Assembly: GCF_009914755.1 (NCBI RefSeq)
Contig: NC_060935.1
Direction: 5' to 3' (one strand)
Source of the DNA: the human T2T-CHM13v2.0 reference genome, Homo sapiens
Length of the DNA stretch: 64,000 nt
This document shows, one piece after another, positions 42,745-64,000 of the stretch (position 1 is its first letter; each line of letters begins with the position of its first letter). A program made the position numbers and the translations under genes. The notes under the pieces were generated by a model. The model searched no databases, was not told where the DNA came from, and worked only from the letters and a program-made list of their open reading frames with translations.

Positions 42745-43407
42745 TGAGGCAGGAGAATAGAGTCTGGACTCAGGAGCTTAAGGCCATTTCACGCTTACTT
42801 CTTAGAACTAAATTGAAAGGAAAACCCTCACTTTCCATGCCTAAGTAACAAAAGAGCCGGAGGCTACTCCCTTTGCAGACCCCTACCTTTTCTGCGTGGC
42901 AGATGGAAAATTGAAAGTACCTCTGGTTGGTTGCAGAAAGCAACCAATCAGACGTTTGCAAAGGAGTGTAACTTTGTAACTTCGCTTCAGCCTCTGGTTG
43001 GTTGTTGGCAAACAGACTGATTACGGGCCAAATCTTCATTTGCATAGAAGTGCAGCTTTGTAACTTCACTTCAGCCTCTGATTGGTTGCTTTCCACAACC
43101 AATCAGATGTTTGCATAGGAGAGTGACCTTTGTAGCTTCACTTCAGCCTCTGATTTGGCACCACTTCATTTACATGAGGTGAATACCAAGTGACCAATGG
43201 GAAACCTTTGGCAGGTATTTGGACCCAAGAAGATTCTGTATCCAGGCCCTTTAGCCGCTGCTGGTGCAGTTCCCATTAGTGGAGTGTACTTTCGTTTTCA
43301 GTACATCTCTGCTCTTGTTGTTTCATTCTTTTCCTTGCTTCTTTTGTACATTTTGTCCAATTCTTTGTTCAAAACGCCAAGAACCTGGACATGCTCCACC
43401 GGTAACG
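42745..43407 (+). mobile_element. MER51-family ERV1 solo LTR
   Basis: tgaggcaggagaatag...ccaccggtaac ends, internal CCAAT-bearing tandem repeats, 4-bp TSD GTTA. Confidence 0.88.
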
Positions 43408-43519
43408 GTTAAATACTAATATTATAGCCCCTCCATTTTCTCGGTAAGAAAAACTATAAAGGCCACAGAAACTCATTAAGTTACTTAGGGTCTCAGGTAA
43501 TGAAAGGACATAAGTGAGA

Positions 43520-44300
43520 CTTTTTGTTTTTTAAATCAGTGTTACTGAGGTATTATTTATATATAGAAAAATTCATCCTTTTAAGGCATACAGTTTTGTA
43601 AGTTTTGACAAACATACAGTTGTACAACCACTACCATAGTCAAAATATAGAATATATCCATCATCTCAGAAAAGTTCTCTGTTGTCTCTTCATCACCTCA
43701 AAAAAGTTCTCTGTCGTCTCTTGTAATCAGTTCTCTTCCCCTTCCTCCAGGCTCTGGCAACCACTGATCTGTTTTCTGTCCTCATGTTTTTCCTTTTCCA
43801 GAATGTCATTTACATGGAGTCATATAGTATGGTAGCATTTTGGGTAGGAATTTTTTCACCTAGCATAAAGCATTTGAGATTCATTTATGTTGTTGCTTCT
43901 ATCAGTAGTCTATTCCTTTTTATTGCTGAGTGCCACAGTTTATCCATTTACCAGCTGATAAACATTTGGGTTGTTTCCAGTTTTTGGTGATTCTGAATAA
44001 AGCTACTATAAATATTTGTATACAAGCTTTTGGGTGGACATATGTCTTCATATGGTAAGTGTATGTTTAACTTTGTAAAACACTGCCAAACTCTTTTCTG
44101 AAATGGCTGTACCGTTTGTGCATTCTAGACAGCAATGTATGAGAATTCTGGTTGTTCTGTATCTTTGTTTACTTGGCAGTGTCAGTTTTTTTTAAGTTTA
44201 GTTTTGTTTTTTAACCATTTTATTAAGTGTGTAGTGGTGGTATCTGTTTGTGCTTTTAGTTTGCATTTTCCTAACGACTGATAACAGAGCATCTTTTCAT
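43520..44300 (-). mobile_element. L1M 3' fragment
   Basis: ctggcaaccactgatctg and tttgggttgtttccagtttt motifs. Confidence 0.75.
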
Positions 44301-44974
44301 GTACTTAATACTGGTTTTTATTAAGCTTAATCCAGCATCCTTTATGTATTACATATTTAAGGTTTTGCTAGGTACTGATAGAAGGGAGAGGAATAAAAAG
44401 AGTATCCTCAAAGAGTTTGTGATTTATATAGGGAAAACTGGTAATAATGTTAACATGATGCTAGTTACAATTTTGGTAGGCTCTTTGAGAAAGGGATTTA
44501 CGTATTGACTGGCCTTGTGGAAAGGACAGTAGTTTGGGAATCAGAAAACTCAAGTGGTTTGACTTTACCTTAGTTGCTTAACCTTTCTGGTATTTTTCTT
44601 CTTTCATTTGTTAAATGAAGGAGTAAGGCCGCATAAGGTATAAGGTTTGTCGCTAAATTATGTATCTACATAGTTTTTCTTTCCAGGCAGGTTTTGAAAC
44701 CTTGTGAGAATGCCAGTCAGAAAACAAAAGATCTTTGCAGATGTTCCTCATCTGATGAAATTCCTCTTACCTGCATCCCCAAAAGATAATCTTTTGAAAA
44801 TTTAAATATTGAAATTTTAGTATATAAATTTCATTATGTACAAGAATTGCATGTTTCTTAAATGTATTTTAAGGGTAGTAACTGATAGTTCTCTAATAAT
44901 AACTTATTTTTGTATGGTATTACTATAATTCATAGAGCATTTTCAAGAAGTTCTCCCCTTCGATAGAAAAACTA

Positions 44975-45466
<492 letters not shown>

Positions 45467-46242
45467 TGAGAGTGAGAGATAAGTTAAATGATTCGTGTAG
45501 GATTACACAGCTAGAAGAAAAGTAGCCACTTTGACTTAAGGAGTCTAATCTAGATCTTTTGACTCTGCAGTCCATTGTTCTTGTACCATAGATCACTCTA
45601 ATAGGAAATAAACAAACTTTAAAAAGTGTTAAGTAACGTTAACGTTTCTTTCAGATGTATAATTTCATGTTTGAAGTATTAAAAGAATGTAATATTCTTA
45701 AGAATTACTGTCCATGCTTTTAAATAAAATGCATGGTAACAGATAATATAAACAAGCTCCCTTGATTTAGTAATAATAAGTAGAATGTTCATAACCTATA
45801 AACAAGTCAGTTATTTCACAAGCTGAGTCACTGCTTGTCAACAACAGCCTACTCACAGAGGAAATCTTAGCTGTAATCAAAAATAAAGATAACAGAAATA
45901 GTAAAGGACGTATTATTTCGCCTCCTGAGAATAGTTTTGGTTTCTAAGTTTAGATACCTACAGTATATTATCAGTGGGTTACCCATTGCCAATACTAGAA
46001 CAGCTATTAAAAGGAGCAAGGCAGAGTGGGAAGAGTATTAGGATAAAAGTGAGAGGAAAAGTAATACATTACAATTTTAATGCTACAAACATGTCAGCAT
46101 TATACAGTCATCAGAAGGCCTCTGTTATTTAGAAGACCTGTGTTCAAATGTGACGTTGGGCAGGTCACTTAAGGTTTCTCAATTTCTTTTTCTTCATCGA
46201 TAAAATAAGGAGCCTCATCTGATGTTCAAAGGTCCATCCAAC

Positions 46243-46554
46243 TTTATTTTATTTTATTTTATTTTATTTTTTGAGACGGAGTCCCGCTCTGTCGCCCAAG
46301 CTGGAGTATAGTGACACGATCTTGGCTCACTGCAGCCTCTGCCTCCCAGATTCAAGCGATTCTCCTGCCCCAGCCTCCTAAGTAGCTGGAATTACAGGCA
46401 TGTGCCACCATGCCCAGCTAATTTTTGTATTTTTTAGTAGAGACGGGGTTTCACCATGTTGGCTAGGGTGGTCTCGAACTCCTGACCTCGGGTGATTCGG
46501 CTGCCTTGGCCTCTGAAAGTGCTGGGATTACAGGCGTGAGCTACCACACCCGGC
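46243..46554 (-). mobile_element. AluS
   Basis: Full dimer; TSD CCATCCAACTTT. Confidence 0.93.
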
Positions 46555-47881
46555 CCCATCCAACTTTGAATGTAGTTGTATGTTGAGTGTGATGAGCCAT
46601 CTGGTTGGTTGGTTTTTAATTGTCAAAATAGGTCAATCATAGTTAAATGGATTGTAAACTATTCTTTTAAAGTTCTGAAACTTTGCATTTTTAGTTTCCT
46701 ATTAATTGATTGAGTACTTGATGTAATTTGTTGCAACAACTAAAAATAAATTACATAGGATCAAAGGAGTTTTATTTATTTTCTAATTTTAATATACTGT
46801 GGGGTTCTGGGAGCTTATTTCATGACTGTTTTAGAATAAAATGGAATGCATTTACCTGAGGGACACCCTAATACTAGAGCACAGAGGGCAGGTATGAAAA
46901 TAAGTATTTTTACAAAATTTTAAAAGCATACTTTATCCAAGTCAGCCTAGTTATGTTTTATTACTTGAGTGTTTTTATAGTATATAATTTAGAAACAAAT
47001 GTGATATAGTGACATGTAATTTATAACATGTTTATTAATTTAAATTCAGAAAATTCATACCATGATACATTGAACAACATGTGCTAAAACAAATTATCAC
47101 AGAATTTGTATTTAACTAGAATAATAAAGCAAATCTACTTATAATTTCTTTACTGCTTTAGGCTTTTAGAACAGGTACAAAGTCTTTTTTTTTTTTTTTA
47201 AGGAAAACACACATAGGATTTGAATTAAAAGAGCCAATTAAAGCAGAGCATGATTATCATCAAACTTCACTTAAGTAGTAAAAGCCCTTATTGCACTAAC
47301 AAATTCACAATTTAAAATGAGATTACAGAATTTTCTGTTTCAAAATCAGTTTCTAGAAATTAAGTTTTTAAAGCACACTTTATGCTTCCAAAAGCATCAG
47401 CTATAATACATTATGAAATTATTTTTCTGAATGAATATATTTTGCTTACAGAATTCTGTGTAGGACTTAGATTTTCTACTTCTGTGGTTTGTTTTTAGTA
47501 GTAAAGATTGTAAAATAGCTGTTTTCATTTCTTAGCTAAGCACAATCGTGCATAAGAATCTGCTTATCTTATTATATACATTGTGGGTTTTTTCATGTTC
47601 TTGTTGTGTCTTTATGATTTTCTGAAGTATTAGTGTATTCCTGACAAGTCTCCTCACATCCTTTGACATGTTTGTTTTCCTTGAGTATATAAGCAAGAGG
47701 AAATAAATTACATGTTTTTAGAAAAACTGATATAAATCCTAGATAAGGAAAATAAAATTTTTTGAGAAATTTGAGCCTACAGCTAGATATTCTGGATGTA
47801 ATTTGACAGTGGTAGAAAAGCTAAGGCTAAGAAGACTTTTCTCTTCTTTTAATTTGTATAAACGTATGGGATACAAGCATA

Positions 47882-48041
<160 letters not shown>

Positions 48042-48909
48042 TAGATTGTGTAGTAGTGAAGGCAGGTATTTTAGGGTATACATTGCCTGAACAACATACA
48101 TTGTACCCTTTAATTAATCTTTCATCATCTACCCCCCTCCCACCCACTTAGGGCTAAGAAGACTGAGCCATTTAGGGGAAATTGCAGAGGGATACTAGTG
48201 GGAATGGAGTTGAAGATAAAGTGGATACTAAGAAAGTCTTGAATTTTTATATTAGTATAGTTTGCATTATTTTCCGATTATAATGATTTATAGAGATTGT
48301 TTATTAGAAAGGCTTGATTATTTACAGATGTTGTGATTTGATTTTTAAATTGACGAGTCATGGGAAATGTGGTATATTTTAATGATGTACTTTACTTCAG
48401 TTTTCATCCACTTTAAAATGGAAGCATTCAAAACATGAAATCACAAAAATAGAAAAGCAATTTGATGCTCAAAAACTTAGAAACTGAAAAAAGGCTAAAA
48501 AATTATAACTTGATGATGTTTTTACTCTTAGTTCTCTTGTATTTACATTTATTCCTAAATCGAAATACACTGAGTAAAAAGTTCAGTCAGATTTTTAAAA
48601 AATATGATCAGACTTGTCATATTTAAGAACACAGCTTTCTGCTGCTTAACTTCTATAGCTAACACTTTAGATTTTAAGTAAACAACGTGAATTTTAATAC
48701 AGAAAGTAAATTTTTTGAAGGGATCCTTGAGTATTAAGCCAATTATAACTGTTCTTTAATCTTTACTGTCCACTGTCAGTATTTTAGTAGTATTTAGGAA
48801 ATTGGACATCTTTATTTAAATTTTCAGAATACCTACAAATGCATTCTTAGTTATTTGATTATTTCTCATGCTATGTAACTATCTTTTTAATGTTAACTTT
48901 TACATTGAA

Positions 48910-57090
<8,181 letters not shown>

Positions 57091-57159
57091 GGAGATAAGG
57101 AGCACCAACAGGATTGGAATGTTAGATAAGATGAGAGAAGGACTTGATTGAGAAATGAA

Positions 57160-57670
57160 CTATTCTGATTATCTTTTGCTATATAACAATCTGCCCCCAG
57201 ATCTAGTGACTTTTCTCGTAGATGTGCAGTTTGGGTAAGGTTAGGCTGAAACAGCTTGTTTCTGCTCTGCTAGGCATCAGCTGGGGGCAGCAGAAAGGCT
57301 AGGGGCTGGAATCGTCTGAAAGCTTCCTCACTCAACATGTAGGTGGTTGATGCTGGTTGTCTGCTGAGATCTCATTTGGGATGTGGCTGGAACATCTACA
57401 CATAGTTTTTCCAGTGGCTGCTTGGCTTCCTTCCTCACAGCATGGAGGCTGGGTTCTAACAGTAAGGAGCTGAGGGCCAGGAGGAAGTTATTACACCTTT
57501 TCTAACCCAGCCTTGAAAATCATGCTGTGTATTACAGGGAGTCACTAAGTCTGGTCTATATTAAAGGGGACTGGAATTAGCCTCCTACTTTTGCTGGAGG
57601 CAAGTTAGACTCCTACTTTACGTAGGGAAGCAAGTCAAAGAATTTGTGGATATGTTTTAAAGCCCCACAG
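57160..57670 (-). mobile_element. MLT1-family LTR
   Basis: gcttggcttcc...cagcatgg...gtcaaagaatttgtggatatgttttaa pattern. Confidence 0.6.
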
Positions 57671-58961
57671 CAGTGATACTTGAGCAAAGGAGGTGAGGAC
57701 ATCCAGGGAAAAATATTCCAGGTACATGGTACAGATACATAAAGACCCTGAAGGATGATGGATGCCTGATAGTTTAGATTTGCTTATAGATTAGTTACCA
57801 CTGCACAGCATCACCTCCTTGAGAGCAGGGTGAACAGTGTTGGGAGAACAGTGTTGAAAGATAGTTGCAGTTCAACAATTTTTTTGTGAAAGGCACCATG
57901 TATTAAAAATTCTAAAAATGCGTACATATACTTTGATCTAGTAATTCTTTCTTTGAGAAATTATCTTAAGGAAAAATTATACAAACAAGCAATGCTGTAG
58001 TGAATGTTTGGAGGGGCTTAAATGCCCATTAATAGCAGATTAGTTAAATTATGGTTTGTCTATATAATGGAACACTGCAGTTTTTAAACTGAATGTTTTG
58101 GCATACAAAAACAATGAGTATTGAGGGACAAGAAGTAGATTTCAAATACTGGTATATGAAATTGTCCTATTTGGTTAAAAGTACTCTCTCTGTATAATAA
58201 ATATTATATGTGCATAGACTGGAGAAGATGAGATGAGAGCAATGGTGGCTATTTTAGAGTTGCTTTTCAGAAAACTGTATGTTGCTATTATAACAGAAAT
58301 ATATTTCTATTGTAAAAGTAAAAGCGCCTTTCAAGAGAATATGTTGATTTCTTTTTATTAACTGAAGAAGGGAGAATAAGACAAAATATGTACAGAAAAA
58401 GTGTAGAGTGATGTAAAATCAAGATTTTTCAAGAGATTATCTCTTGATTATAGGTTACTTTTATTTCCTTTTATATGTTTTTGTATTAATTGTAATTTAA
58501 TTGTTAAACTCATAAGAAGGAGATATATATTAAAATAGTTGTGAGGGATATTGTTAAGCAGCCTTGTTTTAAGAGTAGCTGTCGTGAAAAATTCAAATTT
58601 TTAGAGACTAGCAAAATCAAGAGATCTCTTGGTTTCCTTTAGTGCAGAGAACTGCAGAATTTCTTTACTGGACACAAAATATTATGTGACTTACAACATT
58701 TGATTTACACACAATTCTTAAGCTATCATTCTTTATTAAAATGGCTATTTCCATATTTATCTTATTCTTTATCACCTCTTTATCATAGATTTTTAGTAAC
58801 TTTGCACATTCATGAATAAAATTCTAGATGATGTACTAATACTTTAATTAATACATATTTTATTGCAAAAATGTTTTTAGGTTAATTGTTCTCATTTCAC
58901 TGTCTTTTCCCTTTATTTTATATAAATAATTTGTAATTCATTTTGTTCTTATATACCATAG

Positions 58962-59021
58962 GATGTGTTTTGGAGATGCAGACAAAATATCTTTGATGAA
59001 ATGAAGAAGAAATTTTTACAG
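58962..59021 (+). CDS. USP47: USP47 60-nt in-frame, probably alternative, exon (DVFWRCRQNIFDEMKKKFLQ)
   Basis: ttttgttcttatataccatag| acceptor and CAG|GTAGAC donor; translation equals recalled residues 14-33 of the long USP47 isoform; phase 0 at both ends. Confidence 0.93.
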
Positions 59022-59724
59022 GTAGACTGCTGATGTAATTGCTTTAATGTGATAATCAGCAGAGCAAGTAACAGCATGTTAGTATTTTTATTTAATATCA
59101 AGGCATGTCTTAAGTTTTATGCTTGTTTGGCTATTTTATTTCTACCCAATTTTAATAATAAAAAAGTCACCTTAAATGAATTTGTATCTGATAGTACCTT
59201 GTTTTTAACTAGTGAATGAGGGAGAAAAAACTGATAGAAAAACTAAAGAACCCTTTGTTATGATGTTGGGTATGATAGTTGCCTATTTTTCCAGATATAT
59301 TTATTTTCTGAAATATTAATAATTTAGGAAATTAAATCATTTAAAAATTTACAAAGTCAAAATCCAGAAATCCTATTACTATTGATTTCCTCAGAGCCTG
59401 TGTGCACTACAGACTTAAACTTCCATGTGATGTAGCATTCTGGTCTAACCTTTACTTAATACTTGATTTTCCTTCAGTCCCTTTGCTCTGTTTTTTCCCC
59501 AGAGTTGCTCCTTTAATCTCTCTTATCCTTCCCAAGTGTGGCAACAGACCACTTAGAAAAAGATCATGTAGATAACATCAGAGTTGGCTGCAGTTTTGAG
59601 GTGGGATGAAGGGAGTATCTTAAAAATAAAGTCTCTTTTTTTAATGTAAGTTAGGACCTTCATTAATAGCCTTAGAAATGTTACTTGTTAAAATAAAAAT
59701 GAAGAGTCTAAATGAAGCTGATAC

Positions 59725-60018
<294 letters not shown>

Positions 60019-60193
60019 CAGCTGATACGTTTTATAAATTTCAACCAACAAAAATATTCATACTATCAATTCTGTTTTAAAATCTGTGGCAATACATTAA
60101 TCTTGAACTGTGGATACCCAGATGGGAATGCTCTAAGGCCTAATTACTTAGCTTGTGGCAGCTCCTGTACCAAAAGGGAGAGAAAATTGACTT

Positions 60194-60195
<2 letters not shown>

Positions 60196-60242
<47 letters not shown>
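60196..60242. repeat. (TG)n microsatellite
   Basis: Direct reading. Confidence 0.95.
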
Positions 60243-60244
<2 letters not shown>

Positions 60245-60759
60245 AAAAGCTTGTAACCATAATACTATTATTTGCAATAACATTGAAAGGAAGAATGTCT
60301 TAGAGAGCATGGGTTAAATTTAGAGGTAAAGCGGTACCTTCATAATTTTAAAATACTTTATCTTAATTTTTTCTCTTAGAAATATTTAAATCTTGATAAT
60401 TTTGAATTTTGATATTAGCTTATATTCTGTATGCTGATGCCATTCTGAACATATACGATCAATTTTAAACCTCAGTGTGTATTCTTTAATAAGAAATACA
60501 TAGGAGTATTTTTTTGAAACAAAAATTATGATGTTATCAGAGAACTCAGATTTGAGCTTAAAACTATTGGGAATGTCAAGAAAAGGAGACAAGATGACTT
60601 AAGAGGCAAGCATCCCTTCAGCGGGCTCTAAAATGTCTTAGAACTATGCCAACGACTTCTAGATGTTTCTAGCAGTTAAGTGTATCTTTGGAAGAAAACT
60701 GTTTTCAGTGCTTTTTATCCCAATATGTTTCACCTTTTATAAACAAGACTATGGTTTTA

Positions 60760-61062
<303 letters not shown>

Positions 61063-61599
61063 ATTTTTACTTTTTTAAAAAGGATTTTTTTTCTTCAAAC
61101 TTTGCTAGGAAATCTAGCTTTGTTTCTGCAATGAATGTAGCCACAGAGCACTCTATTAGCTTATACAGTAAATATAACTGCTGTTGACTTTCCCCTTAGT
61201 CTCATAAGTGTAATATTGCTATGAGTTGCCTGTAAAATAAATAGTTTCAACTTTAGGATTTATACCTTTTTTTGTACTTGGCTAGATTTTCTTTGTAGAA
61301 AACTTTGTCCTCTTCAAATAGCGCATCTAAACTACATTAAATGTTTTTCTAAATGGAACATGCTGTAGGCTTTTCTAAAATTTTACACTTGTTTTCTCTT
61401 ACCTCAGGTTCATCAGAGAACTCTTGACTAAAAATTTTTGCTCCCTTCCCTAAATCATGATGTATCCTCAGATGCCTTTTCTTAATGTTGGATGTAGTAC
61501 TTAAATGAAAAGTAGTACCTTTCCCTCCCTACCAACAGCACCATCATCATACTTTCCCCACTTGAACTTGGATGTGCTCGAAGGTGTTTAGCTATATTT

Positions 61600-62115
61600 A
61601 TTTTTTATCTATTACTATGTAACAGTGGACCCTAAAGTTTAGTGACTTAATAGGGCATTTAGTTTATTTGTTCAGATTTCTGTGGGATGGGATTGGGGCC
61701 AGGGCTCACCAGCTATTCAGTTCTGCTCCAGGTGGCATCATCTAGAATTACTTGGCTCCATTAAGTTGGTGGCAGTCATTGAATGGAACGTCCAAAAGGC
61801 TTTTCTCATACATCAGGCACCTCAGTGTCTCCACCAAGTGGCTGCTTCCTCTGAATGTGGATTTCTAGGGCTTCCTCACAGCATGCTGATTGATCCCAGG
61901 GTAACTGGATTTCTTACATGGTGGCTGGGTTATAAGAGGGAATGTTTCCAAGAAATACAAAAGCAGAAACTGCTGGTTTCTTAAGGCTCTGCCTTAAGTT
62001 ACACACACAGCGTGACTTCTGTCACATTCTCTTGGTCTTAGATGGTCACGTCAGATTCATGAGAAAAGGAAAAAAAAAAGAATGGCAAAGAATTTTTTGC
62101 TATCTTTAATCCACC
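61600..62115 (-). mobile_element. MLT1-family LTR
   Basis: gggcttcctcacagcatg...cttctgtcacattct...gaatggcaaagaattt. Confidence 0.6.
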
Positions 62116-62924
62116 TCAAGACGTAATTGTTTTTACCTTTGGGCATAAGTAGGATCAGTTTTGGTTAGGGCTACAAAGAAATTAAGAAAGATAGCTGCCC
62201 TAATTTCCCATTTCCAGAAAAAACCTTTTTACATTTAAATGTTTTGGAAATGTTTCCTGCATGTTTAATTTATATTGTATAGGTTTTTTTCTCTTGAAAA
62301 GCTATTTAAGAAAAAAAAAAACTATTGCCATATCTTATTGGTGGTATCTTAAAATTGCAACAACAAAAAAATTGTTTTCTTCTCAGTTCCCAAACTGGAG
62401 AGGGGAAAGGAGGAGAGAAATTTTACTTTAGTGTGATTACTGTTAGCAATGGTGATTCTAAAATTCAGATGAAGTCCACATGTTATATTAAAGTATAGGT
62501 GAAATAAGAATGGGCCCAGAAAGTTGAGTGTAAAGTAGAATTTAGCAGTGGCTAGCTTAGAGCTTTAAAGAAGAGCAGAGCTTTTTATCTGTTTAAATCA
62601 TCCACAACAGAATTCAAGAGTAAAATGTAATTTGCTGAGAAATTCTATGTATAAGGATTTTAAGGAAATAAAGTATATGAAGTTTTATGTAGGTGTTCAT
62701 CACAGAATTATTTGTAAAAGTATAATAAAGTCTTGGAGACAATAAAATAGAATTTATTAAGTAAATTATTATTAATCCGTATACTAACAAATACTACTTA
62801 GCTGTTAAAATGATGAGTTAGGAAAAGCTTTACAGGGAAAGATTGCATGATATAAGAAAGATGTTAGAAAACAGCATGTGTATTCTAATCCAGTGTTTGT
62901 GATTATGTAGCATGCATGCATAGC

Positions 62925-62927
<3 letters not shown>

Positions 62928-63015
<88 letters not shown>

Positions 63016-63018
63016 CGC
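62928..63018. repeat. Compound (TC)n(TG)n(GC)6 microsatellite
   Basis: Direct reading. Confidence 0.95.
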
Positions 63019-64000
63019 AGATAAGATATTTGGAAGGATATATGCCAGCATGCTAATAGTTATCTGTGGGTTATAGAGTTACAGATTATTTCCATTTTTT
63101 CCTTTATACTCTTAGTATTTTTAAAAAAAGCAAAATTATTTATATGTACGGAAAAGAAGGGCTATTACTAAAAAGAATATAAGCCACACATGAGATTGAA
63201 TTTTGTTTTTTTCTGTATAACATATTTAGTCTTTAGATAGGATTTCATTGAGGGATAATTTTCCCACATGGAAGGAGAGGCATCTGGGGTGCTTGGACCC
63301 TGCATTCACATATTTAGGGAAAGAACCAGGAACTGCTAATGTCTGACCATATGATGTTGCCACATCACCATTCTTATGTATGATTACTATTACAGCACTT
63401 TTGATTTCTAAATTCTTAGCGTTGTCTTCCTTTGACCATCAACTCCAGCTTATTTGAAGCTTTAAAATCTGGCTACTACAGTATTTTATACCAGGAACGC
63501 TGAATCATTCAGACTTGATCTATCCCTGAAGTATACTATTGAATCTATAAAAGTGTACGTTTTGTAGTTGAAATTTATTTTGAGTCATTTACTCTTTCAT
63601 CATAAACCAGCATTTTTAAAAAGATCTATTTTATGTTTTTTAGTTTAGGGTTAAAATGTGTAAAATAATCTATTAAATGTGTTAATATAACATCTAAAAT
63701 ATATAGGTGAAGGTTTTTTTATCTTTTTTGAAATGTATGTTAATAATGTTCTTTTGTTTCTTTTATTTCACAGAAATGTATTTTCTTTTTATTTTTTAAG
63801 TAAGTTTTTAGTAATTAAATATTTGGATGTGTCTGAATTGTAGTGCTACCCAATTTATTTTAAATATTATACTTTTATAGCAACTTACTTTTGTTCTAAA
63901 CTAATTGGAGTAACTTTAATTTAAATGATCTCTTGCAAACCCAAAATTGTGTGTCACAGAAACAAATGATAATTGTATTACTTCAACAAACAAAAAACTT

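Noticed and set aside
42920-43160. Spaced repeats resembling a CRISPR array (also 16720-16845)
   Set aside because: Internal tandem repeats of MER51 and LTR12 LTRs in human DNA; no cas genes
63790-63805. Recursive splice site
   Set aside because: Reads AAGTAAGT, not the required AG|GT juxtaposition

Overview
Human (primate) genomic DNA, recognisable as the 5' part of the USP47 locus (ubiquitin-specific peptidase 47, 11p15.3), on the + strand. About 26 kb of repeat-rich upstream sequence is followed by a CpG-island promoter (~26.4-27.65 kb, with BANP, YY1 and GC-box motifs). Coding exon 1 (MVPGEENQLVPKE) lies at 27345-27383 and a 60-nt in-frame exon (DVFWRCRQNIFDEMKKKFLQ) at 58962-59021; the remaining exons are beyond the window. 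Intron 1 holds an antisense processed H3.3 (H3-3A-derived) pseudogene. The rest is mostly Alu, L1, L2, MIR, LTR (full-length THE1, LTR12, MER51, MLT1/MST) and DNA-transposon (Tigger, Charlie/MER) remnants. Nearly all ORFs in the supplied track are repeat or low-complexity artefacts. The best candidate for something unannotated is a minus-strand, head-to-head spliced ORF leaving the USP47 promoter, with three phase-0 exons (27092-27027, 26821-26705, 24716-24678) and an N-terminus resembling a mitochondrial presequence. It is a sequence-level prediction only. Repeat subfamily names are from recalled consensus sequences, and boundaries without a stated TSD are approximate.
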